From Candidatus Latescibacterota bacterium (GTDB taxonomy: Bacteria; Latescibacterota; UBA2968; SICM01), in NCBI GenBank assembly GCA_965217865.1, contig CBDCJO010000002.1, positions 5,440,001 through 5,504,000 on the forward strand: a stretch of DNA of 64,000 nucleotides. Reading direction: 5' to 3'. Below, in pieces: positions 1-10,813 of the stretch. Each line of letters begins with the position of its first letter. Within the stretch, counting starts at the first letter, position 1. The position numbers and the translations under genes were made by a program. A model generated the notes under the pieces. That model was not told where the DNA came from, did no database searches, and saw only the letters and a program-made list of their open reading frames with translations.

Positions 1-1
1 T

Positions 2-145
2 CTCAAACGCAATCCCACAGAGGCGGACATCGTCAACGCGATCATGTTCTTCCTTTCAGATGAATCGGCCTTTCTGACCGGTGTCGCTCTCGATGTCGAC
101 GGTGGTTTCCTCAGCACGGCGTCGAATCCCGGCACGGATGATTAG
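2..145 (+). CDS. SDR family oxidoreductase, C-terminal part (gene starts before the window)
   Basis: Manual translation, not in the ORF track: LKRNPTEADIVNAIMFFLSDESAFLTGVALDVDGGFLST...DD*, matching the typical SDR C-terminus (FL.SD.S...TG....VDGG). Confidence 0.85.
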   Translation, partial: LKRNPTEADIVNAIMFFLSDESAFLTGVALDVDGGFLSTASNPGTDD

Positions 146-212
146 TGTGCCCGAAGATCGTCCGCTTCGAGGGGTCGTCAACGGAAGAAAGTTTGCATGC
201 GAGGTTCTCCAG

Positions 213-1871
213 ATGATACAGCCTGTCGAACTCAAAAGTATTAAGCCCGAGGAACTGCCCGGCGGCTACACGTCTACTACTGCCGAGGGCTGGCAGATGC
301 TAAGCGCCTGCCGCGCGGGCGATCTGGGTGCCGTCCGCTCCCTGGTCGAGCGTTGCCATGGTCTGATCCGCTTCGAGCACAACTACACGCCGCCGATCCA
401 CTTTGCCGTGCGGGAGGGACACGCTCCTCTGGTGCGCTATATACTGGATTGCGGGGCCGATCCGACCTACCGTACCTACCGTTTCAACGACTCATTGCTG
501 CAGATGGCGCGCGAACGCGGATACAGTGAGATCGCCGCCATGATAGAGGAGGCTCTGGCCAGCCGCTTCCCGCTTTCGGAAGAAGCCAACGCTCTGCTCG
601 AAGCCGCCGGTGCGGGCGATCTCGACCGATTGCGTCAACTTTTAGACACGGATGCTGAGCTGGCGAGCGCCAGCAACGAGACCGGTGATACTGCGCTGCA
701 CCTGGCCTGCGCAGGCGGGCATTCTGGCGTCGCGGAATTATTGCTGGATCGCGGCGCGGACCCCGAGGCGGTCCGGAGCGATGGCTTTAAGCCAATACAC
801 AGTGCCCTGTTCTGGAACCGACAGGGCTACCTGCGCCAGCACAAACCGCCGGTGGACACGTTGCGCGCCGGTCGGCTCGCCGGCCTGCTGTTGGAGCGCG
901 GCGCAACCTACAATATTTTTCTCGCCGCCGTTTTTGGAGACCTGCCCGCAGTGAAGAAATGGTTGGCGGAAGACTCCGCATTGGCGAATTTTGAGGACAC
1001 GCACCACCGCAGGCCAATCTCCGCCGCCGCCTGGTGGGAGGATATAGACATGGTGCGCCTGTTGCTGGAGCACGGGGCCGATCCCAGCCTGCCCGAGAGC
1101 GAGAGTCCGCGCGGCCACGCCCTGTGGATCGCAGCCTTTCGCAAGAATGTCGAGATGGCCCGGTTGTTGTTGGAACACGGCGCTGACCCCTAGTCCAATG
1201 CCGAATCCGGGGGCCGTGCCTTGCAACACGCCCGCGCTAATCCCGAGTTGTACCAATTACTCATAGATCACGGCTCCGAGCCTCGCGAATCGCCCAGCGA
1301 CCGGCTCCACGACGCTATCCACGACGACGATCTCGAAGCGGCCGAGGCGATCCTCAAGGAGCATCCCGACCTGGCCCCCGACCCCGCGATGTTTTGGGGC
1401 GAAGGCATCCTGGCTCTTCCCGCCAGGGAGATTCAGTGGGGGATGATGGACCTGCTCTTCCGATATGGTGCGAAGGTGCCCGACGTAACTAAGTGGGGTA
1501 TCAGCTACTATTTCAGGCACCTTGACGTTGCCAAGTATATGATGGAGAAAGGCATGAATCCCAATCACATGAACTGGCACCACACCACGCTACTCCACGA
1601 CGCGGCCCATGGCGGCAGCAGCAGCGTCGAGAAGGCGCAATTGCTCCTTGAGTACGGCGCCGATATCGACGCCATCGACGAGGAGTATCGCTCTACGCCG
1701 TTGGGACTGGCAGCCCGTGTGGGACGCCTGGAGCTGGTAAAACTCCTACTAGAACGTGGGGCTAACCCGACTGCGGCCGGGGCGCCGTGGGCCACTCCTT
1801 TAGCTTGGGCAAAGAAGCGCGGGCACCAGGAGATCGTGGCTCTGCTCGAGCGGAGGGGTGGTGGCTCGTAG
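213..1871 (+). pseudogene. Ankyrin-repeat protein split by an in-frame TAG at 1191-1193
   Basis: Many ankyrin repeats (TPPIHFAV, GDTALHLAC, TTLLHDAA, STPLGLAA, LLEHGADP). ORFs 81..1193 and 1221..1871 share a frame and read HGADP*SNAESGGRALQHA across the stop. Start set at ATG 213 after GAGGT. Confidence 0.8.
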
Positions 1872-2064
1872 GGTAAAGAAACCAGATGGTCATGTCCTCC
1901 GAATTGGAGGAGAGACCAAGGAAGATTGAATCTTACCAAGATGACAACATAAGTTGATCGGAACGACTGAGAAAACGAGGGCGCCTTATGTTAATATAGG
2001 GCCTCCTTTTTATAGACGGTTCGTTGGTTTTTCTATAAGGCCACGATTTCATTTAACAAAGCAT

Positions 2065-2892
2065 ATGGGCGATATTAAATTATCGGGTGCAGCGTGGTCC
2101 TTTGTGGGGGCAAGTCTGGTGGAATCAGCGGATATTTGGCGGGCTTTGGGTGTGGATGCTATGGATCTGATCGCCTTACCGGATGGGCTTCTAGACCGGT
2201 TGACTATCGAGAAAGACCCCAAAGGACAGGCGAAGCGCGCCAGGGAACCCGGACTGGCACTCAGCAACTTGCTCTGTATCCTCGGATCTGGATTTGACGA
2301 CAGGCCGGTGAATTCCGCGGACAAAGGTGTCCGCGATCTAAATTTTGAGACGATAAAACGCTTAATTGAGTTTTGCGTATCGGCAGAGATACCGTCGCTC
2401 ATAATATTACCGGGGATCGATCAACTCGGCATCAGTCATGAAGAAGCATTGAAAATCTCCGGAGATACGATGACGGAAATGTCCTTAGTCGCACGGGAAG
2501 CCGGGGTGTTGATTGTCTTCGAACCTCATATCGAATCTGTTTTAGAGAACCCGTTCGAAACATTGACCTTTCTGAAACAGAACTCGGATCTCAAGATTGT
2601 GCTCGATTATTCCCACTTTATCGCCCAAGGATTCAATCCCTCCGATGTGGATCCTCTGGTTCCTTACGCGGGTCACGTCCATCTCCGGCAGGGATCAAAC
2701 AAAAAGCTCCAGGTACGATGGGAAGCGGGAGAGATCGACTTTCGGAATGTGATCGGTCTGCTCAAAAAGACAGGGTACAAGGGATATGCGGCCTTTGAGT
2801 ACGAACACGATCCCGGCTGGATGGAGATGGATAAGGTAGATGTGATGACTGAGACGATCAAGATGCGGGATACGGTCAGACCTTTGCTGTAG
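2065..2892 (+). CDS. Sugar phosphate isomerase/epimerase (xylose isomerase-like TIM barrel)
   Basis: Metal-binding motifs FEPH, LDYSH, HVHLR, GEIDF, GYKGYAAFEYE. ATG 2065 preferred over the upstream TTG. Confidence 0.85.
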   Translation: MGDIKLSGAAWSFVGASLVESADIWRALGVDAMDLIALPDGLLDRLTIEKDPKGQAKRAREPGLALSNLLCILGSGFDDRPVNSADKGVRDLNFETIKRLIEFCVSAEIPSLIILPGIDQLGISHEEALKISGDTMTEMSLVAREAGVLIVFEPHIESVLENPFETLTFLKQNSDLKIVLDYSHFIAQGFNPSDVDPLVPYAGHVHLRQGSNKKLQVRWEAGEIDFRNVIGLLKKTGYKGYAAFEYEHDPGWMEMDKVDVMTETIKMRDTVRPLL

Positions 2893-2971
2893 GGGTCAAG
2901 GGGTGCGAAGCTCCTACACACATCAAGACCTTGGATAATCAGTGTAGGGATGGTTCACGAACAGCCCCTAC
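2889..2971. repeat. Pair of GTAG-type REP-like palindromes
   Basis: GTAGGGGTC...GCGAAGCTCCTAC (2889-2917) and GTAGGGATGGTTCACGAACAGCCCCTAC (2944-2971); related copy at 53574-53597. Confidence 0.6.
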
Positions 2972-2992
2972 GACTAGACCGGAGGACAATGA

Positions 2993-4087
2993 ATGCCGGC
3001 TAAAGCCAGAATCGGGGTGATCGGTACAGGTTGGTGGGCAACTTATGCCCATATCCCGACCTTGAAGGCCAATCCCGATGTTGAACTGGTCGCCATCTCG
3101 GATATACGATCCGAATTGCTCTCCAAAGTGGGGAATCGTTATGAAGTCGGCAAAACTTACACCGACTTTCGGGAGATGCTGTCCAAAGAAGCCCTCGACG
3201 GGGTGGTGATTGCAGTCTGGCACGCCGCCCATTTTGAAGTCGCACGCGCTTGTCTGGAAAAAAACCTTCACCTATTGCTCGAAAAACCGATGGTACTGAA
3301 GGCTTCCCACGCGAAAGAGCTTTGCGACCTGGCTCGAGAACGAAACCGTGAAATCATCGTTGGTTATCCGTATCATTACCTCCCCCAGACATTGCGCTCC
3401 CGCGAAGTCCTGAATTCGGGGAAGTTGGGAGAGATCCACTATATATCCAATGTCTTTTCATCATCGGCTTACGATCTATACCGGGGGATCGATCATTCCG
3501 ACCTTCCGGAGTTGGCTGCCTATTACCCGGTTGCGGGTCCCGGAGACGTCTACCAGGATCCGGAGCGATCCGGAGGAGGCCAGGGTCACCTGCAGGTGAC
3601 CCATTCCGCCGCCCTGATGCTGTTTATCACAGGGTTGAAACCAATCTCGATCCAGGCGCAGATGGACCATATGGATGTGCCGGTAGATGTAGTCGACGCC
3701 TTGATCGCAAGATTGGACAACGGTTCCCTGGCCACGGTCGGCAGCACGGGAGCGACAAAAGGCGGGGATGGGAGGCTCGACATTCAGGTATACTGCAAGG
3801 AGGGATGGATTGAACTGGCCTACTTTCCCGGTACGGGCACCATTCACTTCGGAGATGGATCCGAGGAGGATCTAACGCCCGACCCAGACACACCTGATTT
3901 GAATTATAGGGAAAACCCCGGCTATCCAGCCCATCTCCCGTCCAGGAACCTTGTCGACGTCATCCTTGGCCGTGCGCAAAATGGTTCCCCAAGCGAAATC
4001 AGGTGGCGCACCGTCGAACTCCTGGATGCGGCGTACCGTTCGTTCGCGATCGAAGGCCGCGAGGTTAAGGTCGATACCCTTTATTGA
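2993..4087 (+). CDS. Gfo/Idh/MocA family oxidoreductase
   Basis: RIGVIGTG Rossmann motif, HLLLEKPM, SGGG..H motif; RBS GGAGG upstream. Confidence 0.9.
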   Translation: MPAKARIGVIGTGWWATYAHIPTLKANPDVELVAISDIRSELLSKVGNRYEVGKTYTDFREMLSKEALDGVVIAVWHAAHFEVARACLEKNLHLLLEKPMVLKASHAKELCDLARERNREIIVGYPYHYLPQTLRSREVLNSGKLGEIHYISNVFSSSAYDLYRGIDHSDLPELAAYYPVAGPGDVYQDPERSGGGQGHLQVTHSAALMLFITGLKPISIQAQMDHMDVPVDVVDALIARLDNGSLATVGSTGATKGGDGRLDIQVYCKEGWIELAYFPGTGTIHFGDGSEEDLTPDPDTPDLNYRENPGYPAHLPSRNLVDVILGRAQNGSPSEIRWRTVELLDAAYRSFAIEGREVKVDTLY

Positions 4088-4108
4088 CATTTTGCTCCAT
4101 TCCCAACA

Positions 4109-4777
4109 ATGCCCCGCGGTAAACCGATCACTGTCCTCGGTATCGATCTGGCGGGCTCTTCTCGCCGTCCCACCGGCATGTGCGTACTCCAGGGATTGAA
4201 GTCCCGGACCCAGATCGTATACAGCGACCCTGAAGTGCTGGACATGGTGGAAAAATCGCAACCCGAAATCGTACCGATCGATGCTCCGCTAAGCCTCCCT
4301 CCCGGTCGAAAGACGATTCATGACCGCTCAGGGGAACATCTACGGGAATCCGACAGGGAGTTGCTACGACGCCGAATTCGATTTTTTCCGATTACGCTCG
4401 GTCCGATGCGGATGTTGACCGAAAGGGGCCTGATCTTGAAAGAGTCGATCGAGGGAATGGGTTATCGCGCAGTCGAGTGTTTTCCCGGCGGGGCGCAGGA
4501 CGTTTGGGGTATTCCCCGTAAACACCACGACCTGGAGGGATTGCGAACAGGGCTGACACAAATGGGTGTGAAAGGGGTAACGGACGATATGACCAATGAC
4601 GAACTGGACGCCGTTACCGCAGCCCTGGTGGGAAGGTGGTATCTGAAAGGAAGAGGCGAAATCCTTGGGGGTGTGGAGGGTATCGTCATGCCTATCAGAA
4701 GAAGAACCAGGAAGGGAGTTGGAATAATCAGGTTGATAAACTCAGGGAGTCGGAATATCTTAGAGTTGTGCCTTTAA
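4109..4777 (+). CDS. DUF429 family predicted nuclease (RNase H-like fold)
   Basis: LGIDLAG, IDAPLSLP, RESDREL, ECFP and DELDA motifs typical of DUF429. Confidence 0.75.
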   Translation: MPRGKPITVLGIDLAGSSRRPTGMCVLQGLKSRTQIVYSDPEVLDMVEKSQPEIVPIDAPLSLPPGRKTIHDRSGEHLRESDRELLRRRIRFFPITLGPMRMLTERGLILKESIEGMGYRAVECFPGGAQDVWGIPRKHHDLEGLRTGLTQMGVKGVTDDMTNDELDAVTAALVGRWYLKGRGEILGGVEGIVMPIRRRTRKGVGIIRLINSGSRNILELCL

Positions 4778-4895
4778 GTCTCGAGTCCAGAGTTGAATGG
4801 CTGTCGAGGGACTTAGATAAAACCCTGCGCGAAGCGAAGGGTCATTATTGTTTTAGATATCTCTCTGAAAGTGACGTGAACCGCAACCGGAGCTG

Positions 4896-5981
4896 ATGAT
4901 CGTGAAAATCGTTATCCGTGCAGGGGGTATCGGCACGAGACTCTGGCCATACAGTCGGCAAGGGCGTCCCAAGCAATTCCATGCCATGACCGGTGGACGG
5001 ACGATGATCCAGGAGGCGGTGGATCGGATTTTGCCCATCGTCAGCACCGATGATCTCTTCGTCTCCACGGGTTCATCCAGCGCATCCCTGGTCCGAGAAC
5101 AGCTTCCGGACCTTCCGGAGGGCCATCTCATCGTGGAGCCCGCACTTCGAAATACGGGCCCTGCGGTTGGCCTGGAATGCGCTTTGATGGAGACTCGAGA
5201 TCCTGGATGCGTCGTGGCAAGCCTGGGGTCGGACCATCATATCGGAAAGCCTGATGAATTTCGCCGGCTCCTCCAAGCAGCGGAAGCCGCGCTTGAGGAT
5301 ATGCCCGACTATCTCTTTACGATTGGGGTAAAGCCTACTCGAATCGAGACCGGATACGGTCACATCCGAAAGGGTGAAGTCCTCCGATCAGCAAACAACG
5401 AACCGGTTTACATAGTCGATCAGTTCGTCGAAAAACCGGACGAAGAGCGTGCCAGAGTTTATACCGAAAGCGGAGATTATCTCTGGAACAGCAACATGTT
5501 CGTATGGAAGGCCCAAACCGTTTTAAACCTTTTTGCACGCTATGAGATTGAGATCCACTCCATCCTGCAGGATATCATGTCCGCGGTCGGGACCCCCATC
5601 GAAGCAGCTGCCATCGAGCGAGAATATCCCCGCATGAAGTCGATTGCGATCGACAATGCGATCATCGAGCGTGCCGAACGTGTGGCGGTTCTCGAGGGGG
5701 ACATCGATTGGAGCGATATCGGGAGCTGGAGCGCATTGTCGGACGTGTTATCCCTGGATAAGGATGGAAACCTATTATCCGGGGAGATCCTCCAGATCGA
5801 TGCCAAAAAAGTCATTGCCTATGGGAGACAAGACAAGCTCATCGCTCTCGTCGATGTTGAGAATCTGGTCGTTGTAGACACTCCCGATGCCCTGCTAATC
5901 TGCAGGAGGGACCAGGCTCAGAGGGTCCGGGATATCGTCGACAGGCTGAACAAAGATGAGCGCTATAAAGGATATGTTTAA
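4896..5981 (+). CDS. manC: Mannose-1-phosphate guanylyltransferase
   Basis: AGG.GTRLWP.SR...PKQF, EPA.RNTGPA, SDH, ETGYG, FVEKP, WNS.MF, WSDIGSW. Confidence 0.92.
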   Translation: MIVKIVIRAGGIGTRLWPYSRQGRPKQFHAMTGGRTMIQEAVDRILPIVSTDDLFVSTGSSSASLVREQLPDLPEGHLIVEPALRNTGPAVGLECALMETRDPGCVVASLGSDHHIGKPDEFRRLLQAAEAALEDMPDYLFTIGVKPTRIETGYGHIRKGEVLRSANNEPVYIVDQFVEKPDEERARVYTESGDYLWNSNMFVWKAQTVLNLFARYEIEIHSILQDIMSAVGTPIEAAAIEREYPRMKSIAIDNAIIERAERVAVLEGDIDWSDIGSWSALSDVLSLDKDGNLLSGEILQIDAKKVIAYGRQDKLIALVDVENLVVVDTPDALLICRRDQAQRVRDIVDRLNKDERYKGYV

Positions 5982-6982
5982 TGAGAGAAGCACCTCCCCT
6001 TCCGGACATCCTGCCGATGCGGCCCTACTTCAGGGAGATGATCTGGGGGGGGCGGGCTCTTCAGACCCTTTATGGCAAGAACCTCCCCCCCGAGAAGAAA
6101 ATCGGCGAATCCTTCGAGCTCTCCGCCTATCAGGGACAGGAGAGCTTTGTTTCGGAAGGTCCACTTGCAGGATGGGGAATCCAACAATTGTCAAAGGCGT
6201 TTCAGGGAGATCTGCTTGGGGAGAAAGTCTGGAGGCGCTATCCGGACGACTTTCCGATCCTGATCAAACTGATCGACGCCCGTGAAGATCTTTCCATTCA
6301 GGTACATCCTAACGATCGGTATGCACGTGAGAACGACCTCGGACAACAAGGCAAGAACGAGGCGTGGTATATCCTCCACTCTGACGACGGGCGGGTCGCA
6401 TATGGGCTAAAGGATGGTGTCGAAAGGAACGACTTCGAAGCGGCTATCAGAGAGAGGCGGGTGGAAGAAGTGGTTGGATTCTTTGATGTCAAGCCCGGAG
6501 ATGTGATCATCAACCCGCCCGGGACGGTTCATGCCATTGGGAGGGGTGTGATTTTATATGAGATCCAGCAATCCAGCGACCTAACCTTTCGTATATATGA
6601 TTATGACAGGCCCGGGACAAATGGAAAGCCCAGAGAGTTGCATATCCGGGAAGCCCTAGAGGTCATCACCTTCGGGACCAGGACCTCGGGCCCCACGCAA
6701 TGGAACATGCTTCCCGGCTCGGATCCCGAAAAGACGATCCTCGTGGAAACGGAGGATTTTCGACTGGAGAGACGCTCCCCATCCGAATCGGAGACCCTCC
6801 ACGACTCGGGGGCCTCGTTTGCCATTCTGACGGTGGTTGAAGGTGAAACCGAGGTTCAAGCTCGGACAGGATCTTATTTCGCCAATAAAGGGCAGACCAT
6901 AATGATCCCGGCCGGGCGCAAGTTCACCGTTACCCGAAAGGGTCGGGAAAATCTGGAATATCTCCTGGCAACCCTTCCCTAA
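5981..6982 (+). CDS. manA: Mannose-6-phosphate isomerase, class I
   Basis: IWGG, FPILIKLIDA..DLSIQVHP, GKNEAWY, PGTVHAIG, EIQQSSDLT.RIYD, RELH; TAATG coupling to manC. Confidence 0.92.
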   Translation: MREAPPLPDILPMRPYFREMIWGGRALQTLYGKNLPPEKKIGESFELSAYQGQESFVSEGPLAGWGIQQLSKAFQGDLLGEKVWRRYPDDFPILIKLIDAREDLSIQVHPNDRYARENDLGQQGKNEAWYILHSDDGRVAYGLKDGVERNDFEAAIRERRVEEVVGFFDVKPGDVIINPPGTVHAIGRGVILYEIQQSSDLTFRIYDYDRPGTNGKPRELHIREALEVITFGTRTSGPTQWNMLPGSDPEKTILVETEDFRLERRSPSESETLHDSGASFAILTVVEGETEVQARTGSYFANKGQTIMIPAGRKFTVTRKGRENLEYLLATLP

Positions 6983-6988
6983 AGCCCC

Positions 6989-7699
6989 ATGCCCTCATTC
7001 CTCTTCCGAGGAATCCTTATCCGAGGAATCCTCATCCGATTCTTCCGTCCCCTGATCTTGGCTCTCCTACGACCCCTCCTGAGGCGCCTGGCCCTTCGGG
7101 ATACCTATCTCTTCGGTTGTCGCCTCAGGGTGATTCGAGGGGTCTTTCAGCCAGGACTCTATTTTTCCACGAAGGTTCTGGCCCAGTGCCTTCTGCGCTA
7201 TGATCTCAGGGGAAAAACTCTTTTAGATATGGGGACGGGTTCGGGGGCGCTTGGCATCCTTGCGGCAAATCGTGGTTCTCAAGTTCTGGGCGTGGATGTG
7301 AATCCCTCGGCAGTTGCAGTGGCCAGGATGAATGCCGCGCTCAACCGTGTCGAAGGCCGTTTTGAATGTGTCCAGAGCGATCTGTTTGAAGGGATCGGAG
7401 GGGATAGGCGATTCGATTATATCGTTTTCAATCCGCCATTCTACGTCAAAGTTTGGGAGAACATCGAGGAACGCGCGTGGTTTGGAGGTGAAAATTATCA
7501 GACCCTCAGAATTTTCTTTGGTCAGGCCGGAAGATTCCTTCGGGATTCCGGCAGGATGGTACTCATCCTATCAAGCGAAATGGACCTCTCGACGATTTCC
7601 GGACTCGCCCGGGAGAATGGATGGAGACTCAATCGTGAAATCATCATCCCTCACTTTTTCGAGAAGTTTTTGATTCGGGAGTACGGGACTCGTGAATAA
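6989..7699 (+). CDS. HemK/MTQ2-like class I SAM-dependent methyltransferase
   Basis: LDMGTGSG SAM-binding motif, SDLF, FNPPF amide/amine-binding motif. Confidence 0.8.
   Translation: MPSFLFRGILIRGILIRFFRPLILALLRPLLRRLALRDTYLFGCRLRVIRGVFQPGLYFSTKVLAQCLLRYDLRGKTLLDMGTGSGALGILAANRGSQVLGVDVNPSAVAVARMNAALNRVEGRFECVQSDLFEGIGGDRRFDYIVFNPPFYVKVWENIEERAWFGGENYQTLRIFFGQAGRFLRDSGRMVLILSSEMDLSTISGLARENGWRLNREIIIPHFFEKFLIREYGTRE
7005..7039 (+). repeat. 15-bp in-frame tandem repeat (RGILI x2) at the methyltransferase N-terminus
   Basis: TCCGAGGAATCCT at 7005 and 7020, partial third copy at 7035. Confidence 0.75.
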
Positions 7700-7774
7700 G
7701 GATGATAAAAAGAGGGTTTGGGGTTATGGAGGTAGGGGGTAGTTCTCCTTCCATGCGATCGTACTTCCACCCTT

Positions 7775-9188
7775 TTATTTCGATTTTCCGACCCCTGATA
7801 CCCGGCTTCCGCTCGTGATCCTCATCCCCATTCGACCGATCCGCGCATTGACGAAACCCTTCGCTAAACGGAGATAGCTCTTCCGCTGACTCCGAAGCTG
7901 CTTGTGGACCGTGACCTCCCCCGTCATCCACCTGGCGGCAAACGAGTAGAACCGCTTGGAACGCCGCCCTGAAACCGTTAAATCTCTGTCCGTCCGTTCA
8001 CTCCAATCCTTCTTTGCGACAATTCGGTCTTCAACAGTTGTCGTAGTACTCCGTCCCCTTGATCGGATATGCCAAGGTCGTTAGATACATGTCCGGATCG
8101 GAACGTTTGAGATGATCCACGGTTTCTTCCAGGTCCTCCATCTCCTCTCCTTCATATCCGAGCATGATGAACATTCCGGTCTTGATGCCGTGCTGCTTCA
8201 AGAGAAGTGTCATCGATCTGACTTGCTCAACCGAGACCCGTCGGTCCATTGCATCGAGTACCGCTTGGGACCCGCTCTCGGACCCGATCCATAGCCTGCT
8301 ACAGCCCATCTTGGCGAGGGTCCCGACAACTTTTTCGTTGAGGCGGTCCGCCCGGGAGATACATCCGAAGGGAATTCTTAATCCTCTCTTTTTCAATTCA
8401 TCTGCGTAATCGAATAACCATCGGTAATGGATCGTGAATACATCGTCCGCATACCAGAGCATGTCCGGGCTGTATTCATTCAGGATTTGTTCAACCTCAT
8501 CGGCCACATTTTGAGGCGAACGTCGTCTGTGGGTCTCTCCGAACACCGAACGACTGCACCACGTACAGGTGTAGGGACATCCCCTTGCACAGATTAGCGA
8601 TACCGATCCGATCCCGTGCCGCTTCCTCCAGGCGCAAATATAAGCCTGGATGTCAACTGAGGAGCGGTCCGGAAAAGGTTGTTTGTCGAGGTCGTCCATC
8701 AAAGGTCGGGAAGGGGACATGACGATACGCCCTCCATCATCTTTGAAGGCAAGGCCTCGGATATTGTGCAGGCCAGCAACCCCATTTCCCCGGAGATGCA
8801 CCAGAAGTTCCTCAAGGGTCTCCTCCCCCTCCCCCACCACCACTGCGTCCGCGCCGTGGGTCAGATATTCTTCGGTGTAAAGGGGAGGATCCGGGCCTCC
8901 GACGACAACAAACACACCCAATTCCTGTGCGATCCTTGCAAGAGAAAGGGCGTTCATTTTTGTCATCATATTGCAAGACAGGCCCACCACGGGCGGCCTT
9001 TCTGTCCTCAGAATATTGATGAACTCCTGTCGGTCCCGGAACGTGCCGTCGAATACCCCGGCATCAAATCCCTTACTTTTAAGATATGAGGAGAGATAGA
9101 GAAGTCCTAAGGGCGGATAGGGCTTCATGATCCGCTGTTCTTTCGGATCCTCATTCAGGAAATAAGGGTGGACTAGAAGGATATCCAT
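7775..9188 (-). pseudogene. B12-binding radical SAM protein, frameshifted near 8037
   Basis: YPPLGLLY B12-binding N-terminus, RGCPYTCTWC, GSESGS. The ORF stops at YYDNC*, but a shifted frame continues VEDRIVAKKDWSERTDRDL...RFY...* to TAA 7775-7777, parallel to the paralog's tail. Confidence 0.8.
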
Positions 9189-9301
9189 GAAATCGAGTAC
9201 CAGGTGCCAGGCCTATGTAAAGGCTCTAACGAATTGAGGGGAGCATCGAAAACGTTTTCTGTTTCCCGATTGAGATGTATACCAGAAGGTTTTGTCAATC
9301 T

Positions 9302-10780
9302 TCAATCATCAATATCCTTTCTAACCCGTCCCGCTTTCCCCGTACGTAAAAGAACCAGGCGCGTCCACGAAAAAGGAAGGAGGATCGTGTTCAAAACCAT
9401 CCCGCCCATCCGGCGAAGGCCTCCGAGAAGCCCGGAGCCCCTTAATTTCATCCAGGACTTTCGTATCCGAAAGGAACGGTGGATGGTCCTGTGCAACTGG
9501 CGGTAAAATTCCGCCGAATACGGCCCTCTGTAAAGCATCGCGAGATCTCCCGTGTTGACCCAGTTCTGCTTTTTTCCCAGGTCCACCGCAACCCGCTCAT
9601 AAAACTTCGTGCCAGGCAGTGGATACGAAACCGAGATTCCGATGTCGTCCGGCTTGCACTCCCGCACCATCCGCATGGTTTCTCGGATCTCCTCCCATCC
9701 CTCCCCTGGATAGCCGAACTGGAGGAAGAAACAGACCTCGATACCCTCTGAACGAAGAAGCCGTGTGGCTTCGTGGATCTGCTCAACCCTGAGATCCTTG
9801 TCCATTCCGGCCAGGATCATTTGAGATCCCGATTCCGCTCCCATCCAGACGGTCCTGCATCCGCCCTCGCGCAGAGCAAGGGCCGTATCATCGTGTATAA
9901 GGTCTGCTCTCATCTGACATTTAAAAGGCAAAACCGCATCCTGCTCCCGGACCAGATCTGCGAATCTCCGGATCCAACCAGGCTTCAAACCAAAAATGTC
10001 GTCTCCAAACCATATGTGGTCAGGCCTGAATTTCCTTTTTAGCCAGCCCATTTCTTCGACCACATTCTCCGGACTTCGCACCGTATACCGCTGGCCGTAA
10101 ATCGGTTTTGCACACCAGTTGCAGGAATATGGACACCCACGGGTGGTGACCATGTTCATCGAGTGATATCCGTGGCGGCTACGCCAGAGGCTCCGATAGG
10201 ATGGAATGTCCACAAGGTCCCAGGCCGGGAATGGGAGCCTGTCAAGATTCCGAATTAGAGGTCGCGGAATCACCTGGAGATCGCTTCTTCCGGGGACAGG
10301 ATAGGCAAGCCCGGGTATTTCTTCAAGGGAGACTGAGGTCCGTCCGGTAAGCCGGTCCAGAAGTTCGATAAGGGTGGCCTCCCCTTCCCCAACAATAATG
10401 TGGTCCGCGCCGGCTTCACGATATGCTCGAAGGTGATCAGTCGCATCTGAGCCGAAGAAGATGACCTGACAACCCCTTTCACGGGCCATCCCGATCATCC
10501 TAAATGCGGCCTCTCTCATTCGTAGTAAGCACATCTTGGAGAAATAATTAAACTGATCGTCGTATATCACGGCAAAGCTGGGCCTTTCCCGATTCAGAGC
10601 TTCGTCCCATTCCGACTCCGAGGCCGCAAGCGTAGCGTCGAACAAAGAAACGGTGTAGCCCTTCTCCTTGAGCGAACCTGCAGCATAAAGTGTCCCAAGG
10701 GGCGGATATGGCTGTCCCATCTGAATCAACTTTGGATCAAACCGGGGGTAATAGGACTGTCCGAAAAGAATATCTGTCAT
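9302..10780 (-). CDS. B12-binding radical SAM protein (class B methyltransferase/BchE-like)
   Basis: YPPLGTLY, VGEGE, TTRGCPYSCNWC (CxxxCxxC), DDIF, GAESGS, YPLPGT. Confidence 0.9.
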   Translation of the reverse strand: MTDILFGQSYYPRFDPKLIQMGQPYPPLGTLYAAGSLKEKGYTVSLFDATLAASESEWDEALNRERPSFAVIYDDQFNYFSKMCLLRMREAAFRMIGMARERGCQVIFFGSDATDHLRAYREAGADHIIVGEGEATLIELLDRLTGRTSVSLEEIPGLAYPVPGRSDLQVIPRPLIRNLDRLPFPAWDLVDIPSYRSLWRSRHGYHSMNMVTTRGCPYSCNWCAKPIYGQRYTVRSPENVVEEMGWLKRKFRPDHIWFGDDIFGLKPGWIRRFADLVREQDAVLPFKCQMRADLIHDDTALALREGGCRTVWMGAESGSQMILAGMDKDLRVEQIHEATRLLRSEGIEVCFFLQFGYPGEGWEEIRETMRMVRECKPDDIGISVSYPLPGTKFYERVAVDLGKKQNWVNTGDLAMLYRGPYSAEFYRQLHRTIHRSFRIRKSWMKLRGSGLLGGLRRMGGMVLNTILLPFSWTRLVLLRTGKAGRVRKDIDD

Positions 10781-10813
10781 GTCGGATCTAAAAAGAGGAT
10801 TGTTGGAATGGCC

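Noticed and set aside
1191-1193. Genome-wide TAG recoding
   Set aside because: TAG is the natural stop of several genes here (145, 1871, 2892, 41548, 44110).
4109-4777. DUF429 as a transposase or defence nuclease
   Set aside because: No terminal repeats, target-site duplication or defence-gene neighbours.
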